Under the pieces are notes generated by a model. The model worked only from the letters and a program-made list of their open reading frames with translations. It ran no database searches and had not been told where the DNA came from. Both the position numbers and the translations under genes were made by a program. Source: Syntrophales bacterium (lineage in GTDB: Bacteria; Desulfobacterota; Syntrophia; Syntrophales; UBA2210). Taken from it: a DNA stretch of 64,000 bases. Location of the stretch: contig CAXXKT010000002.1 of the NCBI GenBank assembly GCA_963662405.2, positions 194,484-258,483 on the forward strand, in the 5' to 3' direction. This document shows, in pieces, positions 36,824 through 46,449 of this stretch (position 1 is the stretch's first letter; every line of letters starts with the position of its first letter).

Positions 36824-38707
36824 ATGAAACACAGAAGATCAGGAATTACCTGTTTTGCGGCCGCCCTCAGCGCATATGTCTTTTTGGTGGCGCCTGCCCC
36901 GGTGCCCGCTGTCACGTTGGAAGAAACCGTTGTAACGGCAAGCAGGATCGAGGAAGAAATTACCCATGCTCCCGACTCTGTCACCGTCATTACCGCAGAG
37001 GAAATGGAACGGAAAGGCCAACAAACCGTTATAGAGGCCCTCCGGGATGTCCCCGGGATCTTTATCCCCCAAAACGGCTCTTTCGGCTCTTCAAGCATCT
37101 ATACGCGGGGAACCGGGAATGCCCACACGCTGATCATGATCGACGGCGTCCGTGTGGGCGACCCGATGGCGACAGATGGCAAGTTCAGCATTGCCGATCT
37201 GTCCACCGACAATATCGAAAAGATTGAAATCGTGCGAGGCGCCCAGAGCGTCCTGTACGGTTCCGATGCCATCGGCGGCGTGATCAATATCATCACAAAG
37301 AAAGGGAAAGGGAAACCACAATTCACCCTGTCCTCGGAGGCCGGTTCCTTCGAAAGCTTCCGAGAGAAGATCGGTGTCAGTGGTTCGACGGACCGCATGA
37401 ACTACGCCGCATCGGTTGAACGGTTCGACACCCGGGGCGTATCGAAGGCCGATGACGATCTGCCCGGTGTCAACGAGGAAGATTATTACAGTAATACCAG
37501 TATGTCCGCCCGGGTGAGCGGTGACCTCTCCGATACGATATCGATGGGTTTCACGGTGCGTCACAACGAATCGGAGCTGGATTATGATACCACCGACTGG
37601 ATGACCGGTCGTGCAACCGACGCCGACGAGGTACAGGAAACAACGATAACCAGCATGTCGACCCATTTCGATCAGGACCTGAACGACTGGTGGCAACACA
37701 CGATCAAGCTCGGTATGACGGATGTCGAACGCGAGTACACGACCGACGGCAGTTTTAACAATGCGTATAACGGGACAAGCCGCCAGGCTTCATGGCAACA
37801 CAACTTTTTCATCGGCTCCGTCGATACGGTCAGCGCGGGGTTCGATTACGAGGAAGAAGAAGGGGATCTCCAGGATCCCACCTGGGGCAACATACCGAAC
37901 AAATCCACAAACACGAAGAGCCTTTTTATCCAGAACAAATTGACCCCCGTACCGGGATTGTCCATTACCCTCGGGTATCGGGCGATCGATCATCAGACCT
38001 TCGGGAGCGAAGACACCTACAAGGGGGCGATCGCCTACGTCTTCGAAGAAACAGGGACGAAACTCCGGGGGAGCTACGGGACCGGCTTCCATGCACCGTC
38101 GCTCTACCAGTTGTATTCCAGCTATGGGAGCACATCACTGAAACCGGAGAAAAGCATCGGCTACGATATCGGTATTGAGCAACCGTTTCTGAACGACAGG
38201 GCCCGGGTATCGTTGACCTATTTTAATAATGAGATCGATGAGTTGATCGATTTCAACATGACGACATGGACATACTATAATCTCGGCGAAGTCCGGACGG
38301 AAGGGTGGGAAACGACCCTGTCGGTCGCACCGGCGTCGTGGGTATCGATCAACATCGCCTATACCTATACCGAGGCGACGGATGAGACTCCGGGTAGTCC
38401 GAACAAGGGGAACACGCTCCTTTACCGCCCCGAACATGCGGGGAGCGCATCGGTGAATATCTGCCCTCTGGACGGCCTGAATGTCAATCTCAATGCGCAA
38501 TACACAGGGAAGCGGTACCGTGATGCGAGTAACGACAACGAAATGTCCGCTTACACCATCATCAACCTCGCGGCCTCTTACGAAGTGACCACGTGGCTCG
38601 AGATATTCGGCCGCATAGAGAATTTCACCGACAAAAACTATCAATCGGTCTATGACTACGGCGAACCCGGCATCGGTTGTTTCGGGGGCCTAAAGCTGAC
38701 CTATTAA
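36824..38707 (+). CDS. btuB: TonB-dependent outer-membrane receptor, BtuB-like (vitamin B12/corrinoid)
   Basis: It has a signal peptide (MKHRRSGITCFAAALSAYVFLVAPAPVPA), a TonB box (ETVVTASR), plug motifs (IEIVRGAQSVLYGSDAIGGVINIITK) and a C-terminal beta-barrel ending in an aromatic residue. It lies directly downstream of the cobalamin riboswitches. The track ORF starts at 36770. Confidence 0.9.
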   Translation: MKHRRSGITCFAAALSAYVFLVAPAPVPAVTLEETVVTASRIEEEITHAPDSVTVITAEEMERKGQQTVIEALRDVPGIFIPQNGSFGSSSIYTRGTGNAHTLIMIDGVRVGDPMATDGKFSIADLSTDNIEKIEIVRGAQSVLYGSDAIGGVINIITKKGKGKPQFTLSSEAGSFESFREKIGVSGSTDRMNYAASVERFDTRGVSKADDDLPGVNEEDYYSNTSMSARVSGDLSDTISMGFTVRHNESELDYDTTDWMTGRATDADEVQETTITSMSTHFDQDLNDWWQHTIKLGMTDVEREYTTDGSFNNAYNGTSRQASWQHNFFIGSVDTVSAGFDYEEEEGDLQDPTWGNIPNKSTNTKSLFIQNKLTPVPGLSITLGYRAIDHQTFGSEDTYKGAIAYVFEETGTKLRGSYGTGFHAPSLYQLYSSYGSTSLKPEKSIGYDIGIEQPFLNDRARVSLTYFNNEIDELIDFNMTTWTYYNLGEVRTEGWETTLSVAPASWVSINIAYTYTEATDETPGSPNKGNTLLYRPEHAGSASVNICPLDGLNVNLNAQYTGKRYRDASNDNEMSAYTIINLAASYEVTTWLEIFGRIENFTDKNYQSVYDYGEPGIGCFGGLKLTY

Positions 38708-38783
38708 TCGCTTCAGCGGGGGTGAGGACCCATCCCCTCCCCCCCCGCGGAAGCGGGAAGATACCGGAGGCGGGCACGGCGAA

Positions 38784-40892
38784 TTGCACCGATGGCCCAC
38801 GGGGCGAAAGATGAAACAAAATCTCTTCATGCGTCATCCACATGGTTCCGATCACAGGGGAAGTATGGCTATTCTCTCTCTTGCGGTATTCCTTGCCTGT
38901 CTGGCCTGCACGGCAAGCGCCTTCTCATTTCCTATCACTTTCACGGACGACATGGGGGAAAGAATCACCCTTCTCCAGCGACCGGAACGGGTCGTTTCGC
39001 TTGTCCCCGCGATTACCGAGATCCTCTGCGGGATCGGAGCGGGTGAGACCGTCAGGGGGATCACCTACCATGACACCTATCCCGCCGAGACTGAGGGTAA
39101 AACGGTCGTTGGAGGATTCTTTGCCCCTTCACTCGCGATGATCGAGAGATGTAATCCGCAGATTATCTTCGCCGCCGACATCCACGATGCGATCAGAAAA
39201 GGGTTTGCACAAAACCATCCCACGTGCAGGGTGATCACCCTCTCCATATCGTCCCTTTCCGATCTGTACGCGACCATAACGCTCCTCGGGAACGTCTTCG
39301 AACGGAAAGACGGCGCACAACTGCTGATACACGATATCACTTCCGATATCGAGGTCATTTCCCGGAAGATCGCGTCCATTCCCCCGTCAGAGAGGAAGCG
39401 TGTTATCCGCCTCATGGGACGTTCTGAGATCATGACGCCGGGAGATGATTCATTCCAGAACGAGTACATCCGGCTGGCCGGTGGGATCCCCCCTGTACTG
39501 GGGAAGACGGGGCACATCGTCCCCGTTTCCCTAGCGGAATGGAAGGGGTTCAACCCGCAGGTTATTTACGGATGTGGTCAAGACCGGCACACGACACAAG
39601 GGCTCCTCAACCGCCCGGGGTGGCGCGATGTGGAGGCCATCAAAACGAAAAACATCCATATGTTCCCCTGTGATCTGACCTGCCGTATGTCGACGCGCGC
39701 GGGAGCATTTGTCTCTTCACTGGCAGCGGCCCTCTACCCGGAGCATTTTTCGAACCCGAAAGAGCAGGTCTTGCGGGATGGGATTCGTTCGTCCCGGCTG
39801 CTGGACATCGACCTCGATTATATCCACCAGGCGCGTATTGACTACAGCTTTATTCATGATTTCATGAATAAGACGCTCGTCGTTGCCTTTCGTGAACCCA
39901 TGGAGATCATCTCGACCCTCGAGGGACCACGGAAAGAGATCGATGTCGTGGGAAATCACTCTTCCCCACCGCCCTGCTGGGGTATTGAGCACGCCCGGGG
40001 ACTCGACCATACGAGAAAACACCTTTTCGACACCCTGGGGCTCGACGGCGGTGGTGCGGCATTTCTCTTCACCGGAGCGGATATGGACCATCTGGCCATT
40101 GAAAGGACCTCTTTCGGCGACAGGGTTGTGTATGCCCTGGTTACGGCGGGGGTCAAAGGAAACGCCATGCGGGCCTCATGCGATGGGGGAAGTTATTACG
40201 AACCGGGAACGATCAACATAATCCTTATGACCAATACGAAGCTGACGCCCCGGGCCATGACGCGCGTCCTCATCACCGCGACGGAGGCAAAAACGGCGGC
40301 CCTCGGTGATCTGGACATTCGGAGCAGCTACACCCCTCTCTCCAACCAGGCCACCGGAACGGGAACCGACAACATTATCGTCGTCTCCGGATCGGGGGCT
40401 CGGATCGACAACACCGGCGGACACTCAAAGATGGGAACGCTCATCTCGCAGGCCGTATACCGCGCCGTATGCCGCGCCATACAGCGGCAGAATGGCCTGG
40501 TCACCGGCAGATCGGTCTTCGCCCGTCTGGAGGACCGGAAGATCACCATTGGCGGTCTGGCGGTATCCGAGGAGGTGGAACGGGATATCGGGGCAAATCG
40601 TCTCAAACCCGCCCTGGAACAACTTCTCCTCGACGAACGATATACCGGGTTCCTCTGCTGTGCCCTATCCATCAGCGACGATTACCAGCGGGGACTGGTG
40701 AAAGGGATGGATGCATTTAACCGGTGGTGCCACGCGATGGCCGAAGGTGTTGCAGGGAAAACGATACCGGCCGTCCCAACGATCCTCGTCCCCGACGAAA
40801 AACCGCCCGTCATCCATCACGCCCTGAACAGTCTGTTGTACGGGCTGTCCCTGCGACTGCAGAAATCGAACGATGATCAGACCAGACAGTGA
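38784..40892 (+). CDS. Fusion protein: periplasmic corrinoid-binding protein (BtuF-like) plus adenosylcobinamide amidohydrolase (CbiZ-like) plus ~110-aa tail
   Basis: This is a single 702-aa ORF. A signal-like segment (MAILSLAVFLACLACTASA) comes first. The class III SBP pattern follows (RVVSLVPAITEILCGIGAGETVRGIT ... FNPQVIYG). The CbiZ pattern then follows (LVVAFREPMEIISTLEG, FLFTGADM, ALVTAGVKGNAMRA, GTINIILMTN..L...AM....ITATEAKTAAL, ATGTGTDNIIV). The start codon is uncertain, with candidates at 38784, 38829 and 38865. Confidence 0.8.
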   Translation: MHRWPTGRKMKQNLFMRHPHGSDHRGSMAILSLAVFLACLACTASAFSFPITFTDDMGERITLLQRPERVVSLVPAITEILCGIGAGETVRGITYHDTYPAETEGKTVVGGFFAPSLAMIERCNPQIIFAADIHDAIRKGFAQNHPTCRVITLSISSLSDLYATITLLGNVFERKDGAQLLIHDITSDIEVISRKIASIPPSERKRVIRLMGRSEIMTPGDDSFQNEYIRLAGGIPPVLGKTGHIVPVSLAEWKGFNPQVIYGCGQDRHTTQGLLNRPGWRDVEAIKTKNIHMFPCDLTCRMSTRAGAFVSSLAAALYPEHFSNPKEQVLRDGIRSSRLLDIDLDYIHQARIDYSFIHDFMNKTLVVAFREPMEIISTLEGPRKEIDVVGNHSSPPPCWGIEHARGLDHTRKHLFDTLGLDGGGAAFLFTGADMDHLAIERTSFGDRVVYALVTAGVKGNAMRASCDGGSYYEPGTINIILMTNTKLTPRAMTRVLITATEAKTAALGDLDIRSSYTPLSNQATGTGTDNIIVVSGSGARIDNTGGHSKMGTLISQAVYRAVCRAIQRQNGLVTGRSVFARLEDRKITIGGLAVSEEVERDIGANRLKPALEQLLLDERYTGFLCCALSISDDYQRGLVKGMDAFNRWCHAMAEGVAGKTIPAVPTILVPDEKPPVIHHALNSLLYGLSLRLQKSNDDQTRQ

Positions 40893-40985
40893 CAGGCGGC
40901 TCTCGATGAGATATACTCCCCACCTCATACAAAATACGGTGATATGACGTTTTTGATGCGGTAGCGGATGTCAACAGGTGTCACA

Positions 40986-41936
40986 ATGATCACGCCTTTT
41001 CCCTTTGCAATGGCCTATCTCTTGGATCTGGTCCTCGGCGATCCCCGCCGCATGCCTCATCCCGTGGAGGCGATCGGGTGGGCAACCAACAGGTGCGAGG
41101 GGCTCGTCCGCCGGCATATCTCCAATCTGCGGCTGGGGGGTGTTCTCCTCTGGCTGGTCATCGTCTCTGCGACCTTCACCGCCGCATATCTGGTCCAGGC
41201 GGCGGCATACCTGATACACGGCACGGTCGGTACGATTGTCGTGATTCTCGGCGCGTGGACCACGCTGGCAACGCGTTCTCTCTACGATCATGGCAGGGCC
41301 GTCGTCATCGAGGTCGAAGGAGGGGATCTCCCGGCGGCACGCCGGAAACTCTCGATGATCGTCGGAAGAGATACCCGGGGACTGAGCAGAGAGGAGATCC
41401 TCCAGGCCGTCGTGGAGACGGTGGCGGAAAATCTCTCGGACGGGGTTATCGCCCCCCTCTGTTATCTGCTGCTGGGGGGCTTCCCCCTGGCACTCACCTA
41501 CAAGGCGATCAATACGCTCGATTCGATGGTGGGACATCGTACCGAACGGTACCGGGAAATCGGATGGTTTGCTGCACGCGCGGACGACACCGCCAACTGG
41601 GTCCCGGCACGACTGGCTGGGGTCCTGATCGTTGCCGCATCCTGTGTCATCGGTCGCAGTGTGAGGGGATCCTGGCGGATCATGCAACGGGACGGGAACA
41701 ATCACCTCAGCCCGAACAGCGGCATTCCCGAAGCGGCAATGGCGGGGGCACTCGGTATCCGGCTGGGCGGGACCCACCATTATTTCGGGGAACCAGTCGA
41801 AAAACCGACGATTGGCGACAGGAACAAAGTGGCCGATACGCGAGATGTAACAGCGGCTTTGCGGATCATGCTGTGCTCATCCGTCGGCGCCGCGGTCGTC
41901 GCGCTGGCAATGCTCATGGTGGTGAAACATGGCTGA
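40986..41936 (+). CDS. cbiB: Adenosylcobinamide-phosphate synthase
   Basis: Matching blocks are LLDLVLGDPRRMPHPVEAIGW, DSMVGH and SPNSG.PEAAMAGALG..LGG. The track ORF starts at 40968. Confidence 0.92.
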   Translation: MITPFPFAMAYLLDLVLGDPRRMPHPVEAIGWATNRCEGLVRRHISNLRLGGVLLWLVIVSATFTAAYLVQAAAYLIHGTVGTIVVILGAWTTLATRSLYDHGRAVVIEVEGGDLPAARRKLSMIVGRDTRGLSREEILQAVVETVAENLSDGVIAPLCYLLLGGFPLALTYKAINTLDSMVGHRTERYREIGWFAARADDTANWVPARLAGVLIVAASCVIGRSVRGSWRIMQRDGNNHLSPNSGIPEAAMAGALGIRLGGTHHYFGEPVEKPTIGDRNKVADTRDVTAALRIMLCSSVGAAVVALAMLMVVKHG

Positions 41937-43017
41937 ACGGGCACATGGCGGGAATGTCGAGGAACTCGCACGCGGCAGTGGAATCGGTCCCGGATCGATT
42001 ATCGATTTCAGCGCAAGCATCAATCCGCTGGGATACCCCCCCGGGGTACGCCTCCGGACGATGGAATCCTTCGATTGCATCCTCCATTACCCCGATATCG
42101 ACTCGTACGATCTCACGCGGGCCCTGGCCGACTACCACGGCATCGCACCGGAACATATACTCGTCGGGAATGGATCGACGGAATTCATCTACTGGCTTCC
42201 CCTTCTCCTCAGACTGCGGCGGGGGCTGATCGTCACGCCCGCTTTCAGCGAGTACGAAAAGGCGTTGAGGCTGGCTGGGGCGGAGGTGACATGTTTCGGG
42301 ACCCGGCGGGAAGACGGGTTTCGCCTCGACATCCCGGCACTGGCCGGACGCCTCGCAGAGGACATCGATATCCTCTTTCTGGGCAATCCCGCCAACCCCT
42401 CGGGGGTTCTCGCGGATCGGACGAGCCTTCACCACCTCATATCGGTCGCCGAAAAGGAGGGGGTTACCCTCGTCATCGATGAGGCCTTCATCGACTTCGT
42501 GGAAGACGAATCGATCGTAGGGCGGGCACTCGAATCCGACACCGTCATCGTCCTGCGCTCCATGACCAAATTCTTCGGTCTTCCGGGTCTCCGTGTCGGG
42601 TATATTGTCGCACACAGATCACTGATTGAACGGATCGGGAAACAGAAGCCCCCCTGGACAGTCAATGCGCTGGCACAGCGTGCCGCCACCGAGGCACTCA
42701 ATGATCAGGCGTTTATCGAACGGAGCCGCACCTATGTGGCAACCGAGCGAGCCTTTCTCCACGAAAGGCTGGAACGTATCGGGGGGTTCAGTGTCACACC
42801 GGGCACGGCCAACTATCTCCTCGTACACATAAACGAAACGGTGCCCCTTGACGCCCCGGGGCTGAGACTCCGGCTCCTTGAAACCGGCATCGCGATTCGT
42901 GACTGCTCAAACTTTCGGGGACTGGACGGACGCTTCTTCCGCGTGGCGGTCAAGACGAGACACGATAACCTGCTCCTGGTGGACAGGCTTCAGGAGACCC
43001 TTGCACACCCGGACTGA
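41929..43017 (+). CDS. cobD: L-threonine-O-3-phosphate decarboxylase (class I/II aminotransferase fold)
   Basis: Matching blocks are HGGNVEELARGSGI...IIDFSASINPLG and SMTKFFGLPGLRVGY, the latter containing the PLP-lysine region. It overlaps the cbiB stop by 8 nt. Confidence 0.9.
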   Translation: MAERAHGGNVEELARGSGIGPGSIIDFSASINPLGYPPGVRLRTMESFDCILHYPDIDSYDLTRALADYHGIAPEHILVGNGSTEFIYWLPLLLRLRRGLIVTPAFSEYEKALRLAGAEVTCFGTRREDGFRLDIPALAGRLAEDIDILFLGNPANPSGVLADRTSLHHLISVAEKEGVTLVIDEAFIDFVEDESIVGRALESDTVIVLRSMTKFFGLPGLRVGYIVAHRSLIERIGKQKPPWTVNALAQRAATEALNDQAFIERSRTYVATERAFLHERLERIGGFSVTPGTANYLLVHINETVPLDAPGLRLRLLETGIAIRDCSNFRGLDGRFFRVAVKTRHDNLLLVDRLQETLAHPD

Positions 43018-43044
43018 GCCGTGGCGGCGAAAGACACCAACGAA

Positions 43045-43195
43045 AAGGCGTGTCATGCACCTCATGGGCCGTTCAGAGATCACGACACCGGGAAATGATT
43101 CATTCCAGAATGAATATATCCGGCTGGCCGGAGGGATCCCCCCGTACCGGGGGAGACGGGCCACATCGTCCCCGTTTCCGCAGCGGAATGGAAAA
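43045..43195 (+). pseudogene. About 150-bp internal fragment of a second BtuF-like binding-protein gene
   Basis: It aligns by eye to 39393-39546 of the BtuF-CbiZ gene at roughly 80-90% nucleotide identity, with two 1-nt gaps. It encodes HLMGRSEITTPGNDSFQNEYIRLAGGIPP versus RLMGRSEIMTPGDDSFQNEYIRLAGGIPP. No start and no remainder of the gene are present. Confidence 0.6.
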
Positions 43196-43387
43196 AGAGG
43201 AGCGCCTGAGAGACTCTCTGGAAAATCAGTGATCTGCTCATCTCTTCCCGATATCCCCGCAATCGTGTATCGACTCCTCGATAATTATGAGCGTCCCGGC
43301 ACCTCTCTCGCACTTGAATTTGGATATCAAATAGGATATCGTAATAGGTCAATTAAAACGATAGTGACTTCGAATATTTGAGGAGAA

Positions 43388-44440
43388 ATGAAAGACTTTA
43401 GGAAGAGCGTGCTCATCGGCATCAGCGGCGGCGTGGACAGCGCTGTGGCGGCAGCGATTTTGCAAGAGCGGGGATACCACGTCGAGGGACTGTACCTACG
43501 AAACGGTTTCCCTGTCGGGGGCGAAGAAGCTGCGGCCACTGTTGCGGACCGCTTGGGCTTTCCGTTCCATGTTCTCGATATCACTGAATCGTTTCGAACT
43601 GATATCGTCGATTACTTCGCCGGCGAGTATCTGGCGGGAAGAACTCCGAACCCCTGCATTGTCTGTAACAAACGAATCAAGTTCCGATATCTCCGGAAGG
43701 AGGCACGCGCCCGTGGCCTCGGTTGTATCGCGACGGGCCACTATGCGCGCGTGAAGGAGAGAAACGGTAGTTTCCAGCTCCTCAAAGGGATCGACACCAC
43801 CAAGGACCAGTCCTATTTCCTCTTCCAGCTTGGTCAGGAAGAGCTTGCACAGCTGATCCTCCCCAACGGAGACCGGACAAAGGGAGAAATTCGAAAGCTG
43901 GCGCAGGACCTTTCACTTCCTCCACGGGCGGAAAGCCAGGAGATCTGCTTTATTCCGGACGACAATTATCGTACCTTTCTGGAGGACTATCCGGTCGCCC
44001 TCCCCTCTCCCGGGAATATTATAGATCGGGAAGGAACAATCGTGGGGAAACATCGGGGGACCCACACGGTAACGATCGGACAGCGCAAAGGACTCAATAT
44101 CGCCTCATCCCGCCCCTATTATGTGATCGAAATCAATACCGGAAAAGATGAGGTGATCGTGGGAAGAGATGAAGACCAGTTCAGCCACGGCCTCCGTGCA
44201 CACCATTGTTCCTGGATATCGGGGGATTTTCCTTCCCACGGTACGTTTCAGGCACGGGTCTGTATCCGTTACCGCCACCGAGGTGTCGACGCGGAGATTA
44301 CTCCCCTCCCCCGTGGACGGGTGCGGGTCGACTTCACGACCCCCCAAAAGGCGGTGGCCTCCGGACAGGCGGCGGTCTTCTTCCGGGACGATCTCCTCCT
44401 GGGCGGCGGCTGGATCGAGGGAGGGCTGCACGATGCTTAA
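43388..44440 (+). CDS. mnmA: tRNA 2-thiouridine(34) synthase
   Basis: The PP-loop is VLIGISGGVDSAVAA, and further blocks are NPCI.CN..IKF and ATGHYAR. Confidence 0.95.
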   Translation: MKDFRKSVLIGISGGVDSAVAAAILQERGYHVEGLYLRNGFPVGGEEAAATVADRLGFPFHVLDITESFRTDIVDYFAGEYLAGRTPNPCIVCNKRIKFRYLRKEARARGLGCIATGHYARVKERNGSFQLLKGIDTTKDQSYFLFQLGQEELAQLILPNGDRTKGEIRKLAQDLSLPPRAESQEICFIPDDNYRTFLEDYPVALPSPGNIIDREGTIVGKHRGTHTVTIGQRKGLNIASSRPYYVIEINTGKDEVIVGRDEDQFSHGLRAHHCSWISGDFPSHGTFQARVCIRYRHRGVDAEITPLPRGRVRVDFTTPQKAVASGQAAVFFRDDLLLGGGWIEGGLHDA

Positions 44441-45749
44441 GATTGCCGTGGCCACCCTTGGGTGCAAGGTGAATCACTACGAGACGGCCGGGATCGTAGA
44501 GAATCTGGAAGCACAAGAAGAGGTATGCGTCGTCCCTTTCTCTTTACCTGCCGATCTGTACATTGTGAACACCTGCACGATCACGGCGAAGACGGATTTT
44601 CAGTCCCGGCAACTGGTCCGCCGGGCATACCGAACCAATCCGTCTGCCCTGATCGTCGTGACCGGCTGCTACGCGCAGATCGCCCCGCAGGAGCTTGCGG
44701 CACTGCCCGGGGTGCGTTTGGTCGCGGGGACAGAGATGAAGGAGCGGCTCCCGGCGATCATCCGTGAGGTCATCGAGGGAGAACCGCGGATCGATATCGG
44801 TAACATCACCCGGAAACGAACCGTCTCGGACCTCCCGGTAACGCGGTTCCCCGACCAGACCCGCGCCTATCTGAAGGTGCAGGACGGATGCAATCTCTTC
44901 TGCAGCTACTGCATCATTCCCTATGCCCGGGGACGGAGCAGGAGTCTCCCTGAAGAGGACGTCATCAGACAAGTGACGACTCTCACCAGGGCCGGGCATC
45001 GGGAGATCATCCTGACCGGGATATGTCTTGGGGCCTATGGACGGGATCTGTCCCCATCCACTGCCCTTCTTGACCTTTTAAAACGAATAGAACAGGACAC
45101 GGATCTCGAACGACTCCGGATCAGTTCCCTGCACCCGATCGACATATCGGACGAGATGATCGCGTACTTCCGGAATTCGAGGATCCTCTGCCGACATCTC
45201 CACCTGTCGCTCCAGAGCGGCAACGACCGGATCCTGAGACTGATGCGGCGCGACTATACCACCGCCGCGGTCAACAACCTTGTTCGGAAACTCCGGTCCG
45301 CCATCCCCGGAATCGCCATCGGGATGGATGTCATCACGGGATTTCCGGGTGAGGGAGAGGAAGAGTTCCTTGACACACTTCGTTTCATCGAAAAGATAGG
45401 GCTTGCGTATCTACACGTTTTCCCCTATTCTCGCCGTCCCGGTACGAGGGCCTCCTCCTTCCCCGATCAGGTCCTCAAGTCGGTCAAAAAAGAGCGAGCG
45501 GCCGCCCTGCGGGGGGTTGGCGAACGAAAGAGGATCGCATTCAACGGCGGGTTTATCGGTGAAGAACTTCCCGTCCTGGTAGAGGGGACAATAGACAAAG
45601 AAACCGGCTGGATAAAGGGGTTTTCAGATAATTACGTGCCGGTGCTGCTCCCGGAAGGTGACCCGTCCCTTGCCAATCGCATTGTACCGGTTGTGTTGCA
45701 TCGTATGATCGGAGAAAAGGTCGTGGGAAGGATCGTAACCGATGGATAA
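44433..45749 (+). CDS. mtaB: tRNA methylthiotransferase, MtaB-like (radical SAM plus TRAM)
   Basis: The UPF0004 domain shows MLKIAVATLGCKVNHYE. The radical-SAM motif is CNLFCSYCIIP, and a C-terminal TRAM-like domain follows. The ATG at 44433 overlaps the mnmA stop. The track ORF (from 44169) includes an out-of-gene extension. Confidence 0.8.
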   Translation: MLKIAVATLGCKVNHYETAGIVENLEAQEEVCVVPFSLPADLYIVNTCTITAKTDFQSRQLVRRAYRTNPSALIVVTGCYAQIAPQELAALPGVRLVAGTEMKERLPAIIREVIEGEPRIDIGNITRKRTVSDLPVTRFPDQTRAYLKVQDGCNLFCSYCIIPYARGRSRSLPEEDVIRQVTTLTRAGHREIILTGICLGAYGRDLSPSTALLDLLKRIEQDTDLERLRISSLHPIDISDEMIAYFRNSRILCRHLHLSLQSGNDRILRLMRRDYTTAAVNNLVRKLRSAIPGIAIGMDVITGFPGEGEEEFLDTLRFIEKIGLAYLHVFPYSRRPGTRASSFPDQVLKSVKKERAAALRGVGERKRIAFNGGFIGEELPVLVEGTIDKETGWIKGFSDNYVPVLLPEGDPSLANRIVPVVLHRMIGEKVVGRIVTDG

Positions 45750-46449
45750 AGAACGGATCGGGGCTCTCGAGGGCCTGTCAGAGTCGGTAGGGTATCGCTT
45801 CGGCGATATCGCCCTGCTCGACCATGCGCTCACCCACGGTTCCTATGCCAACGAGAATCCCGAACTCGCGCCGGGAGACAACGAACGGTTGGAATTTTTG
45901 GGGGATGCTGTTCTCCAGCTCGGCATGAGCGATATGCTGATGGAATGCTTTCCCGAATATACCGAGGGACAACTCTCAAAGTTGCGGGCCGCCATGGTCA
46001 ACGAACCATCGTTGGCCACACTGGCCCGCCGTTTCAGGATCGGGGATTTCATACTTCTCGGGAAGGGCGAGGAAAAGGCGGATGGCCGAAACAAGGACTC
46101 CATTCTGGGGGATACCTTTGAGTCCCTGATCGGTGCCATATATCTTGACGGCGGCTATGAGCCCTCCCATGCCTTCATTAAACGGGCATTTCGCCCGCTC
46201 ATCAAACGGTGGGCTGATCAGCCTCTGTATCGGGACTATAAATCACTCCTCCAGGAAACCAGCCAGAGTCGTTTCAAAGAGATCCCTCGCTACCGAATTA
46301 TCAACACAACCGGTCCCGATCATGATAAGATGTTCGAGGTGGAGGGTTCTATCGGGGGCATTATCAACACAACCGGAACCGGAAAGAATAAAAAAGAGGC
46401 CGAGCAGGACGCGGCCCGTAAAGCGCTGGAGATACTGGTAAAGTGGTGA
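45742..46449 (+). CDS. rnc: Ribonuclease III
   Basis: The signature is NERLEFLGDAVL, followed by a C-terminal dsRBD (GPDHDKMFEV..., GKNKKEAEQDAA). Confidence 0.95.
   Translation: MDKERIGALEGLSESVGYRFGDIALLDHALTHGSYANENPELAPGDNERLEFLGDAVLQLGMSDMLMECFPEYTEGQLSKLRAAMVNEPSLATLARRFRIGDFILLGKGEEKADGRNKDSILGDTFESLIGAIYLDGGYEPSHAFIKRAFRPLIKRWADQPLYRDYKSLLQETSQSRFKEIPRYRIINTTGPDHDKMFEVEGSIGGIINTTGTGKNKKEAEQDAARKALEILVKW

Noticed and set aside
36352-37098. 248-aa minus-strand ORF
   Set aside because: It lies antisense to riboswitch copy 2 and to the 5' end of btuB. It has Cys/Trp/Ser-rich, non-protein-like composition and is spurious.
41078-42229. 383-aa Arg/Gly/Pro-rich + strand ORF, and the 269-aa minus ORF 40971-41780
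   Set aside because: These are alternative-frame and antisense readings of cbiB/cobD, and their composition is not protein-like.
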